Source of the DNA: Bacillota bacterium
Lineage (GTDB): Bacteria; Bacillota; Clostridia; Lachnospirales; Lachnospiraceae
Direction of reading: 5' to 3'
Assembly: GCA_029779695.1 (NCBI GenBank)
Contig: JAKPAB010000006.1
Location: 6,173 to 70,172, forward strand
Length of the DNA stretch: 64,000 bases
This document shows, one piece after another, positions 40,805 to 48,960 of the stretch. Every line of letters begins with the position of its first letter. Position 1 is the first letter of the stretch. A program made the translations under genes and the position numbers. Below the pieces are notes generated by a model that saw only the letters and a list, made by a program, of their open reading frames with translations, made no database searches and had not been told where the DNA came from.

Positions 40805-41752
40805 ATGGCAGAAAAACAGGGTTTCTTTAAAAGACTTGTAAGTGGACTTACAAAATCAAGAGATGGGTTTGCAAACGATGTTGATACCGTTTTCCAAGGT
40901 TATACAAAAATCGATGATGATTTTTATGAGAGTCTTGAAGAGACGCTTATCATGGGAGATCTAGGGGTTACAACAACAGAAGAGATTATAGATGAATTAA
41001 AGGAACAGGTCAGTCTTCAAAATATTAAAACGCCAATTGGCTGCAAGAATCTTCTTATAGATATCTTAAATGATCTTTTGGATGTTCCGGAAGATGCTTA
41101 TGATTTTTTGAAAAAAAAATCTATTATTATGATTGTTGGAGTTAATGGTGTAGGAAAAACAACTACCATTGGCAAGCTTGCCAGAAAATTTCATGATGAA
41201 GGGAAAAGTGTTGTTATTGCAGCAGCAGATACATTTCGCGCCGCTGCCAAAGAACAGCTTGAGGTCTGGGCAGACAGAGCAGACGTCGATATAATAGGTG
41301 GAGCTGATGGAAGCGATCCTTCAAGTGTTATATTTGATGGAATTCAGTCTTTTAAGGCGAGAAATGCAGATATATTAATGATTGATACTGCTGGAAGGTT
41401 ACATAACAAAAAAAATCTTATGTTTGAGCTTTCCAAGATGAATCGAATCATAGAAAGAGAATGCCCTGAGTGTCATAAAGAAACGTTTGTTGTTCTGGAT
41501 GCAACAACAGGACAGAATGCAATATCTCAAGCTAAAGAATTCTCTGATGTATGCGACATTACCGGTATCGTATTGACTAAAATGGATGGAACAGCTAAGG
41601 GAGGAATTGCTTTTGCTGTATCTGCACTTTTGAATTATATTCCTGTAAAGTATATAGGAGTTGGCGAATCCGTAGATGATCTTGAACGTTTTGATCCTGA
41701 TGATTTCTGCGAAGCACTTTTTGAAGAAAAAGAAGTTAAAAAAGAAGTTTAA
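40805..41752 (+). CDS. ftsY: Signal recognition particle receptor FtsY
   Basis: NG domain motifs GVNGVGKTTT, DTAGR and TKMDGTAKGG. Confidence 0.95.
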   Translation: MAEKQGFFKRLVSGLTKSRDGFANDVDTVFQGYTKIDDDFYESLEETLIMGDLGVTTTEEIIDELKEQVSLQNIKTPIGCKNLLIDILNDLLDVPEDAYDFLKKKSIIMIVGVNGVGKTTTIGKLARKFHDEGKSVVIAAADTFRAAAKEQLEVWADRADVDIIGGADGSDPSSVIFDGIQSFKARNADILMIDTAGRLHNKKNLMFELSKMNRIIERECPECHKETFVVLDATTGQNAISQAKEFSDVCDITGIVLTKMDGTAKGGIAFAVSALLNYIPVKYIGVGESVDDLERFDPDDFCEALFEEKEVKKEV

Positions 41753-41858
41753 TAAATTTAAAAAAATTTTTTGAGAAAAAGAGGCTAAAGAAAAAATAGT
41801 TTAAAGAAATAATTATTTTAAATAAAATATATAGCCCATTGCTGTAAAGAAAAAACAC

Positions 41859-41887
41859 TTGACAGCAATGGACTGTCCTCGTATAAT
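41859..41887 (+). promoter_or_regulatory. Consensus sigma-A promoter for ylxM-ffh (TTGACA-17 nt-TATAAT)
   Basis: TTGACA at 41859-41864, exactly 17 nt of spacer, TATAAT at 41882-41887. An AAGGTGA RBS and ATG 41904 follow. Confidence 0.6.
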
Positions 41888-41903
41888 AAGTAAGGTGAAT
41901 CGA

Positions 41904-42233
41904 ATGGAAGATAAATTAAAACAAGGAAATCTCTATGAATTTTATGGAGAGCTTCTGAATGAACATCAAAAAAGAATATATGAGGACTACGTTTTAAATG
42001 ATCTTTCTCTTGGAGAGATATCTGAAAATGAAGGTATAACCAGGCAGGGAGTTCATGATAATGTAAAAAGAACCACAGCTATTCTTGAAGAATATGAGAA
42101 CAAGCTTGGGGTCGTAGGAAGATTTTTTTCTATTAAAGATGATATACAAAAAATTCAGGAACTGCTTTCTGAAAATGATATAGACAGAGAAGAAATATTA
42201 AAACTTCTTGATAGAATATACGGAGAATTGTAA
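41904..42233 (+). CDS. ylxM: UPF0122 / YlxM putative helix-turn-helix protein
   Basis: Aligns with B. subtilis YlxM (LYEFYGELL...LSLGEISE...RQGVHDNVKRT...LEEYE.KL). The track start at 41859 is actually the -35 box. Confidence 0.85.
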   Translation: MEDKLKQGNLYEFYGELLNEHQKRIYEDYVLNDLSLGEISENEGITRQGVHDNVKRTTAILEEYENKLGVVGRFFSIKDDIQKIQELLSENDIDREEILKLLDRIYGEL

Positions 42234-43580
42234 ATGGCTTTTGACAGTCTTACAGAAAAATTTCAAAATGTATTCAAGTCCCTTCGCGGAAAAGGTCGTT
42301 TGTCCGAAGCCGATGTTCAGGCTGCACTTAAAGAAGTAAAATTAGCTCTTTTAGAAGCAGATGTTAACTTTAAGGTGGTTAAGGAATTTGTTAAAAAAGT
42401 GCAGGAAAGAGCTATAGGACATGACGTTCTTAATGGCCTCAATCCGGCACAGACAGTCATCAAGATTGTTAATGAGGAAATGACAAATCTCCTTGGAGAA
42501 ACAGCCGGTGAGCTTAAATACGAAACCGGACAGGCTGTTACAGTTATTATGATGGTTGGACTCCAGGGTGCAGGCAAGACAACGACCGCTGCGAAACTTG
42601 CAGCCAAGATTAAGGAAAAAGGCAAGAATCCTCTCCTTGTTCCCATGGACATATATAGACCTGCAGCTAAAGATCAGTTAATGGTCAATGGTGACAAGGT
42701 TGGTGTCAAAGTATTTGACTCTGATATGACAATGAAAGTTCCTGATATCGCAAGTGCTGCACTTGATTATGCTGGAAAAAACAATCATAAAGTTATTTTA
42801 TTTGATACAGCAGGACGTCTACATGTAGATGAAGAGATGATGCAGGAGCTTTCAGATGTTAAGAAAGTTATAAATGTATCAGATACAGTCTTGGTTGTTG
42901 ATGCAATGACAGGTCAGGATGCCGTTAATGTAGCTAAGAGCTTTGATGAAAAGGTCGGAATTGATGGCGTTATCCTTACAAAATTAGATGGCGATACAAG
43001 AGGCGGTGCTGCTCTTTCTATAAGAGCGGTTACAGGAAAACCTATTTATTATGCCGGTATGGGCGAGAAACTTTCAGATCTTGAAGTTTTCTTTCCTGAC
43101 AGAATGGCTTCAAGAATCCTTGGAATGGGAGATGTTCTTTCTCTGATTGAGAAGGCTGAGGCTTCAATAGACCAAGAAGCTGTGGCTAAGCTTTCTAAAA
43201 AGGTCAATAAAGCCGATTTTGACTATAATGATTACCTGCTTTCTATGGAGCAGATGAAGAAAATGGGCGGCATTACGAGCCTTCTTGGTATGATGCCGGG
43301 AATGTCTTCAAAGCAGACGGATGCCATATCATCAGCAGTAGATGACAAGAAGATGATACATATTTCTGCAATCATACAATCTATGACTCCGGAGGAAAGA
43401 GAGAATCCTGCACTTATGAATATCAGCAGGAAGAATCGTCTGGCCAAGGGCGCCGGTGTCGATATTGCCGAGGTTAATCGCTTTATCAAGCAGTTTAATG
43501 AGGCAAAAAAGATGATGAAAAAAATGCCCGGAATGATGAAAGGAAAGGGTAAGAACGGAATGTTCCGTTTTCCTTTCTAG
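42234..43580 (+). CDS. ffh: Signal recognition particle protein Ffh
   Basis: GLQGAGKTTT, DTAGR and TKLDGDTRGGAA motifs. Met-rich M domain at the C-terminus. Confidence 0.95.
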   Translation: MAFDSLTEKFQNVFKSLRGKGRLSEADVQAALKEVKLALLEADVNFKVVKEFVKKVQERAIGHDVLNGLNPAQTVIKIVNEEMTNLLGETAGELKYETGQAVTVIMMVGLQGAGKTTTAAKLAAKIKEKGKNPLLVPMDIYRPAAKDQLMVNGDKVGVKVFDSDMTMKVPDIASAALDYAGKNNHKVILFDTAGRLHVDEEMMQELSDVKKVINVSDTVLVVDAMTGQDAVNVAKSFDEKVGIDGVILTKLDGDTRGGAALSIRAVTGKPIYYAGMGEKLSDLEVFFPDRMASRILGMGDVLSLIEKAEASIDQEAVAKLSKKVNKADFDYNDYLLSMEQMKKMGGITSLLGMMPGMSSKQTDAISSAVDDKKMIHISAIIQSMTPEERENPALMNISRKNRLAKGAGVDIAEVNRFIKQFNEAKKMMKKMPGMMKGKGKNGMFRFPF

Positions 43581-43661
43581 GTAGTTGTATCGAAGCTGAA
43601 AATCAGTTTGATATATAGATTTAAGACTCGATAAGTAAACATTTTAAGGAGGAAACATAAA

Positions 43662-43907
43662 ATGGCAGTAAAAATTCGTTTAAAGAGAATTGGACAGAAA
43701 AAGGCACCTTTATATCGTATCGTTGTAGCTGATTCAAGATCACCTAGAGATGGTCGTTTCATCGAAGAAATCGGTACATACGATCCTTCAAAAGATCCCA
43801 GCGTGTATCATTTCGATGAGGAAGCTACTAATAAGTGGCTTGCAAACGGAGCTAAGCCTACTGAGACAGTTCAGAAACTCTTAAAGCTTGCCGGCCTCGT
43901 AAAATAA
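43662..43907 (+). CDS. rpsP: 30S ribosomal protein S16
   Basis: [36 protein letters not shown]. Confidence 0.95.
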   Translation: MAVKIRLKRIGQKKAPLYRIVVADSRSPRDGRFIEEIGTYDPSKDPSVYHFDEEATNKWLANGAKPTETVQKLLKLAGLVK

Positions 43908-43925
43908 GTATCGGAAGGAGTTTCT

Positions 43926-44159
43926 GTGATGAAAGAACTGGTGGAATTTATAGCAAAATCACTCGTTGATGAGCCGTCAGAAGTATCCGTCACAGAACGT
44001 GACGAAGGTAGAACTATCATTCTGGAACTGCATGTCGCTTCCTCTGATATGGGAAAGGTAATCGGCAAAAAGGGAAGGATTGCAAAAGCAATTCGCTCTG
44101 TAGTTAAGGCTGCAGCATCAAAAACAGACAAGAATGTTGTTGTTGATATAGCTGATTAA
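43926..44159 (+). CDS. khpA: KH-domain RNA-binding protein (YlqC/KhpA)
   Basis: KH GxxG loop (MGKVIGKKGRIAKAIRSV). Conserved position between rpsP and rimM. The start is GTG 43926 or ATG 43929. Confidence 0.85.
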   Translation: MMKELVEFIAKSLVDEPSEVSVTERDEGRTIILELHVASSDMGKVIGKKGRIAKAIRSVVKAAASKTDKNVVVDIAD

Positions 44160-44163
44160 ATTC

Positions 44164-44193
44164 GAGACAGGCTTAGGCCTGTCTCACTTTTTT
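44164..44193 (+). terminator. Rho-independent terminator after khpA
   Basis: GAGACAGGC-TTAG-GCCTGTCTC followed by ACTTTTTT. Confidence 0.8.
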
Positions 44194-44330
44194 GTTAGAC
44201 TTTTATTATATAATTATTTTAATCTAATTGGTTTTGACTCTGATTATAGATGATGAGATAAGAGAAACAAGACATTTTATTAAAATATTGTTATAATCAT
44301 TGGGCAAGTAGGCTATATGAGGAAAATAAA

Positions 44331-44840
44331 ATGAATGATAGATTAAGAGTTGGTATTGTTGGTAAGGCTCAAGGCATCAAGGGTGAAGTAAGAGTACATT
44401 CTGTATCGAATGATGTCTCGAGATTACTCGAATTACATAATGTAATTTTAAAAAGTAAAAAAACAGAGATTAACTATGAGGTGGCATCTGCAAGGATCCA
44501 AAAAGATTTTTGTATTATGAGATTTAAAGGTGTAGAGGATAGAAATACAGCAGAAGTACTTAATGGCTCAGATGTTCTTATCGAAAGAGAGGATTCGGCG
44601 GAACTAGAAGATAATGAATTTTTCGTTGGAGACTTGATTGATTCTCAGGTTATTACAGATGACGGAAGAAATCTGGGCAAGCTGGTGGATGTATATGAAA
44701 CCGGTGCTAATGATGTATATGTTGTCAAAAATGATGATAAAGAATTAATGATACCGGCAATAAAAGATTGTATTATTAAGGTTGATACAGAAAATTTGAT
44801 AATAACAGTTCACCTTCTTCCGGGATTGGAGGATCTGTAA
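44331..44840 (+). CDS. rimM: 16S rRNA processing protein RimM
   Basis: VG.V.KAQGIKGEVRV N-terminus, PRC barrel C-terminus. Synteny with trmD. Confidence 0.9.
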   Translation: MNDRLRVGIVGKAQGIKGEVRVHSVSNDVSRLLELHNVILKSKKTEINYEVASARIQKDFCIMRFKGVEDRNTAEVLNGSDVLIEREDSAELEDNEFFVGDLIDSQVITDDGRNLGKLVDVYETGANDVYVVKNDDKELMIPAIKDCIIKVDTENLIITVHLLPGLEDL

Positions 44841-44841
44841 C

Positions 44842-45582
44842 TTGAATTTTCACATATTGACTCTTTTTCCGGAGATGATTACGGATACATTAAGTGCAAG
44901 CATTATTGGCAGAGCATCGCAGAATAATTCAATAAGCATTGATACTGTTAACATACGTGATTATACCAATGATAAGCATGGAAGCGTAGATGATTATCCA
45001 TATGGTGGCGGAGCAGGAATGCTAATGCAGGCACAACCTATATATGATGCATATAAGAGCATTGAAGAGAAAATCGGACACAAGCCAAGGACAGTTTATC
45101 TCTCGCCCCAGGGCAAAACGTTTAATCAAAAAATAGCTCATGAGTTATCAATTGAAGATGACCTTGTCCTTTTGTGCGGTCATTATGAAGGCGTTGATGA
45201 AAGAGTCTTAGACAAGATTGATGCAGAGCTTATATCTATAGGAGATTATGTTCTTACAGGAGGCGAGCTGGCTGCAATGGTAATAGTCGATTCTGTTTCT
45301 AGACTGGTACCTGGAGTTCTTCATAATGATGAGTCCTCAGAAGATGAATCTTTTGAGAATAGTCTTCTAGAATATCCACAGTACTCAAGGCCTTATGAAT
45401 GGGATGGGATGAAAGTCCCGGATATTTTATTATCAGGTGATCATAAAAAAGTCGACGAATGGAGACATGAGAAGTCTCTTGAGAGGACATTGGAAAATCG
45501 TCCGGATCTATTAGAACGGGCAGAACTTTCGAAAAAAGATATTGAATTTATTGATTCAATAAGATATAAGTATGATAGCTGA
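44842..45582 (+). CDS. trmD: tRNA (guanine37-N1)-methyltransferase
   Basis: ILTLFPEM, DDYPYGGGAGM and CGHYEGVDERV motifs. TTG start 1 nt after the rimM stop. Confidence 0.95.
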   Translation: MNFHILTLFPEMITDTLSASIIGRASQNNSISIDTVNIRDYTNDKHGSVDDYPYGGGAGMLMQAQPIYDAYKSIEEKIGHKPRTVYLSPQGKTFNQKIAHELSIEDDLVLLCGHYEGVDERVLDKIDAELISIGDYVLTGGELAAMVIVDSVSRLVPGVLHNDESSEDESFENSLLEYPQYSRPYEWDGMKVPDILLSGDHKKVDEWRHEKSLERTLENRPDLLERAELSKKDIEFIDSIRYKYDS

Positions 45583-45725
45583 ATGTGGCTAAAAAACTGC
45601 GTAAACAGTATTTTTAACTTGCATTATATGCATAATCATGATAGTATATGTGAGTTGTAAATTTAGTCCGGCGGTCCTCTGTTACCATAGAGTATTAAGA
45701 ACGTCAGAAGTTGGAGGAACATAGA

Positions 45726-46076
45726 ATGAATGCAAGTGAAGTAATTAAAGAAATTGAAATTAATGAGCAGAGATCTGATATTTCCGATTTTAACGTTGGT
45801 GATACAGTAAGAGTTCATAATAAGATTCGCGAGGGTAATCGTGAGAGAGTTCAGATTTTTGAGGGCGTAGTCCTTAAGCGCCAGGGCGGCTCAAATCGTG
45901 AGACTTTCACAGTAAGAAAGATTTCAAGCGGTATAGGCGTTGAGAAGACTTGGCCTGTTCATAGCCCAAATGTTGAAAAGATCGAAGTTGTTCGCCGTGG
46001 TAAGGTTAGAAGAGCTAAGCTCAACTATCTCAGAGGTCGTGTTGGCAAGAAGGCAAAGATCAAGGAAGCTCGCTAA
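45726..46076 (+). CDS. rplS: 50S ribosomal protein L19
   Basis: [28 protein letters not shown] at 45713-45717 sits 8 nt before ATG 45726. Confidence 0.95.
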   Translation: MNASEVIKEIEINEQRSDISDFNVGDTVRVHNKIREGNRERVQIFEGVVLKRQGGSNRETFTVRKISSGIGVEKTWPVHSPNVEKIEVVRRGKVRRAKLNYLRGRVGKKAKIKEAR

Positions 46077-46094
46077 TTCTTATCTTAAACGTAG

Positions 46095-46123
46095 AAAGCA
46101 GTCACGAATGTGGCTGCTTTTTG
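46095..46123 (+). terminator. Rho-independent terminator after rplS
   Basis: AAAGCAGTCAC-GAAT-GTGGCTGCTTT (one G-U pair) running into a T-tract. Confidence 0.75.
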
Positions 46124-46236
46124 TATAGATAATGACATAATTTATGCTTGAATGAGGATTTTGTCATTATCGGAATCGAGTAGTGGGTCTACTCGATTCT
46201 TGTATATTACCATCAAATAGTTTATAAATAGTAGAT

Positions 46237-46848
46237 ATGAATATATTAATACAAGAAAACGAAAAAAATAATAGAAACAAACAGGACAGTTTGGATTTTA
46301 ACAGAAGGAGAAAACATTTCGACTTTGTTGGAATTAGAAGATGCCTCTTTTTTGCGTGCGAGATATTAGTAATAGTCTTTCTTGCTTATCTTGCGGTAAT
46401 TGGATTTGGAATTAAGACACAGAATCTCGGGGAATCGATGTCACCAACCATAGGAAGCAATGATTATGTATTGGTCAATAGATTTATTTATAAGGTTATT
46501 TCTCCTAAAGCAGGTGATATTGTTGTCTTTGATCCTAGAGACAGTCACTCATCTCTTTCAGTAAAAAGAGTCGTTGGAGTTCCTGGAGATACAGTTCTTA
46601 TAAAGGATGGAATGCTGTATATTAACAAAAAGCTTTATTCGGATAATAAGAAGATGCCTTCTATTGACAGCGGGGGACTTGCTGAAAATAAGATTAAATT
46701 GGGCAAAGATGAATATTTTCTATTAGGCGATAACAGAAACAATAGTGAGGATAGCCGTTTCGAAAGTATTGGAAATGTTTCGAAAGATAGCATAAAAGGA
46801 AAAGTGTGGTTTGATATTTCCGGAGGACATTTTGGCGTCCCTGATTAA
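46237..46848 (+). CDS. lepB: Signal peptidase I (copy 1, with a basic N-terminal extension)
   Basis: Catalytic Ser box GESMSPT, Lys box KRVVGVPGD, and GDNRNNSEDSRF. Confidence 0.9.
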   Translation: MNILIQENEKNNRNKQDSLDFNRRRKHFDFVGIRRCLFFACEILVIVFLAYLAVIGFGIKTQNLGESMSPTIGSNDYVLVNRFIYKVISPKAGDIVVFDPRDSHSSLSVKRVVGVPGDTVLIKDGMLYINKKLYSDNKKMPSIDSGGLAENKIKLGKDEYFLLGDNRNNSEDSRFESIGNVSKDSIKGKVWFDISGGHFGVPD

Positions 46849-46867
46849 TGGATTATAAGAGGAATTT

Positions 46868-47722
46868 ATGGAATTAGAGTGGTACCCAGGACATATGGAA
46901 AAAGCGCGTCGTCAGATGAAGGAAGACATGAGGTTAATTGACCTTGTTGTTTCTATTATCGACTGCCGAATCCCGTATTCAAGTATTAATCCGTCACTAG
47001 ATTCGCTTACTGAAAATAAGAGAAAACTAATTATCCTTAATAAGGAAGATCTGGCGGATTCCAATGTTACTAAGCTCTGGGAAAATTATTTCACAGAAAA
47101 AAATATACCGTTTATGACAATGGATGCACTGGATAAGCGTTTTAAAAATACATTTTTAAATAACTGTGAAAAAGTATGTGCAGACAAGTTGGAACGTGAC
47201 AAACGAAGAGGTATAAGAAATAGCCGGATCAGGGCAATGATAATAGGCATTCCAAATGTTGGCAAGTCTACGCTTATTAATATGCTGTCAGGCAAGTCAG
47301 CAGCTAAAACAGGTAATAAACCAGGCGTTACACGTGGGAAACAATGGATACATACAAAGGGAAGTATAGATTTCCTTGATACTCCAGGAGTCCTGTGGCC
47401 TAAATTTGAAGATCCTATTATAGGCGAACATCTGGCATTTGTATCTGCAATCAGAAATGAATTGATCCCATTTAGAGAATTAGCAGACAATCTGATTGAA
47501 ATATTGAAAAGCAATTATCAGAATACTATAAAAAGCCGATATAATATAGATGAGGATATGGATAATAACCAGATTCTCGCATTGTTAGCTAAAAATAGAG
47601 GCTACTTATTGAAGCAGGGAGAACCTGATATCGATAAGGTGTGTGAAATTATTGTCCAGGAATTTAGAACAGGTAAGCTTGGAAGAATATCTCTTGAGAG
47701 ACCTGAAGATTTTGAAAAATAG
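46868..47722 (+). CDS. rbgA: Ribosome biogenesis GTPase A (YlqF/RbgA, circularly permuted GTPase)
   Basis: WYPGHM start. G4 (NKEDL) precedes G1 (GIPNVGKST) and G3 (DTPG). Confidence 0.92.
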   Translation: MELEWYPGHMEKARRQMKEDMRLIDLVVSIIDCRIPYSSINPSLDSLTENKRKLIILNKEDLADSNVTKLWENYFTEKNIPFMTMDALDKRFKNTFLNNCEKVCADKLERDKRRGIRNSRIRAMIIGIPNVGKSTLINMLSGKSAAKTGNKPGVTRGKQWIHTKGSIDFLDTPGVLWPKFEDPIIGEHLAFVSAIRNELIPFRELADNLIEILKSNYQNTIKSRYNIDEDMDNNQILALLAKNRGYLLKQGEPDIDKVCEIIVQEFRTGKLGRISLERPEDFEK

Positions 47723-47724
47723 AG

Positions 47725-48303
47725 ATGGAGCAAAAAGTGACAATAGAAGAAGAAATCGAAAAAAGAGATAATAGAAAAAGAGATGGAATACAGCTTATTC
47801 TTTATATTTCACTTTTAGTACTGATCAGTTTCTTTATCGTTAAATTTGTTGGACAGAGGACGGTTGTAAGCGGTGAGTCGATGGAGACTACGCTTAATAA
47901 TGGAGATAATCTTATAATTGATAAAATCAGTTACAGGATAAGTGATCCGAAGAGATTTGAAATTGTAGTTTTTCCTAATCCTATGGATAAATCAGTTTAT
48001 TTTATAAAGAGGATAATTGGTCTCCCCGGAGAAACAGTTAAAATCGATGGAGATGGCAAAATCTATATCAATGGATCCGTACTTCATGAAAACTATGGTA
48101 GAGAAGTAATAAATAATCCAGGCAGAGCTGCTGAGACGATTACGCTTGGTAAGGATGAATATTTTGTAATGGGTGATAATCGAAATAATAGTCTGGACAG
48201 TCGTTTTGAAGAAGTAGGTAATATACATAGAGATGATTTTATTGGTCGAGCGTGGATTAGAATATATCCTTTTGGAAAATTCAAAGATTTATTACCTGAT
48301 TAA
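47725..48303 (+). CDS. lepB: Signal peptidase I (copy 2)
   Basis: SGESMETT Ser box, KRIIGLPGE Lys box, GDNRNNSLDSRF. Confidence 0.9.
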   Translation: MEQKVTIEEEIEKRDNRKRDGIQLILYISLLVLISFFIVKFVGQRTVVSGESMETTLNNGDNLIIDKISYRISDPKRFEIVVFPNPMDKSVYFIKRIIGLPGETVKIDGDGKIYINGSVLHENYGREVINNPGRAAETITLGKDEYFVMGDNRNNSLDSRFEEVGNIHRDDFIGRAWIRIYPFGKFKDLLPD

Positions 48304-48309
48304 GACATT

Positions 48310-48957
48310 GTGAGTAAAATAATGACAAGACTTGAAAAAGAAATCGAAAGAACAAATGAAATGCGAGAATTTGAGCGAGAATTCAGGGCTAAGTATAAAT
48401 TTTTCTGCGGTGTCGATGAAGTAGGAAGAGGACCTTTAGCTGGACCTGTTGTAACGGCTGCTGTTATTCTTCCAAAAGATTGTGCTATCTTATATATTAA
48501 TGACTCTAAAAAAGTATCAGAAAAGAGAAGAAAAGAAGTTTCAGAAGAAATTTTGGAACAGGCTGTTTCTGTTGGCTTTGGAGAGGTAGATAATATCGAA
48601 ATAGATAGGCTCAACATTTTAAATGCAACAAAAAAAGCAATGAAGATGGCAATTAGATCGCTTATGCCTGTTCCTGAATTAGTACTTATAGATGCGGTAA
48701 GACTAGAAGATCTGGGATTACCTCAAGAAAATATCATTAAGGGTGATGCCAAGTCACAATCAATTGCTGCAGCAAGCATAGTGGCCAAGGTCAGAAGAGA
48801 TGCATATATGATAGGCTTAAGCGAAAAATACCCGGAATATAATTTCGCTTCAAACAAGGGATATGGAACTAAGGAGCATATGGATGCTCTTAAGAAATAT
48901 GGACCTACTGAGATTCATAGAAAGACTTTTTTAAAATTTTTAAATAATGAGGAATAG
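48310..48957 (+). CDS. rnhB: Ribonuclease HII
   Basis: GVDEVGRGPLAGPVV and DSKK motifs. The start is GTG 48310 or ATG 48322; neither has a strong RBS. Confidence 0.92.
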   Translation: MSKIMTRLEKEIERTNEMREFEREFRAKYKFFCGVDEVGRGPLAGPVVTAAVILPKDCAILYINDSKKVSEKRRKEVSEEILEQAVSVGFGEVDNIEIDRLNILNATKKAMKMAIRSLMPVPELVLIDAVRLEDLGLPQENIIKGDAKSQSIAAASIVAKVRRDAYMIGLSEKYPEYNFASNKGYGTKEHMDALKKYGPTEIHRKTFLKFLNNEE

Positions 48958-48960
48958 ATT

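Noticed and set aside
47086-47514. 142-aa minus-strand ORF antisense to rbgA. Similar shadows lie at 49206-49730, 54027-54476, 30577-30939, 38383-38727 and 39271-39642
   Set aside because: All lie opposite well-supported + strand genes, lack RBSs and translate to low-complexity S/L/I-rich sequence. I treated them as frame shadows.
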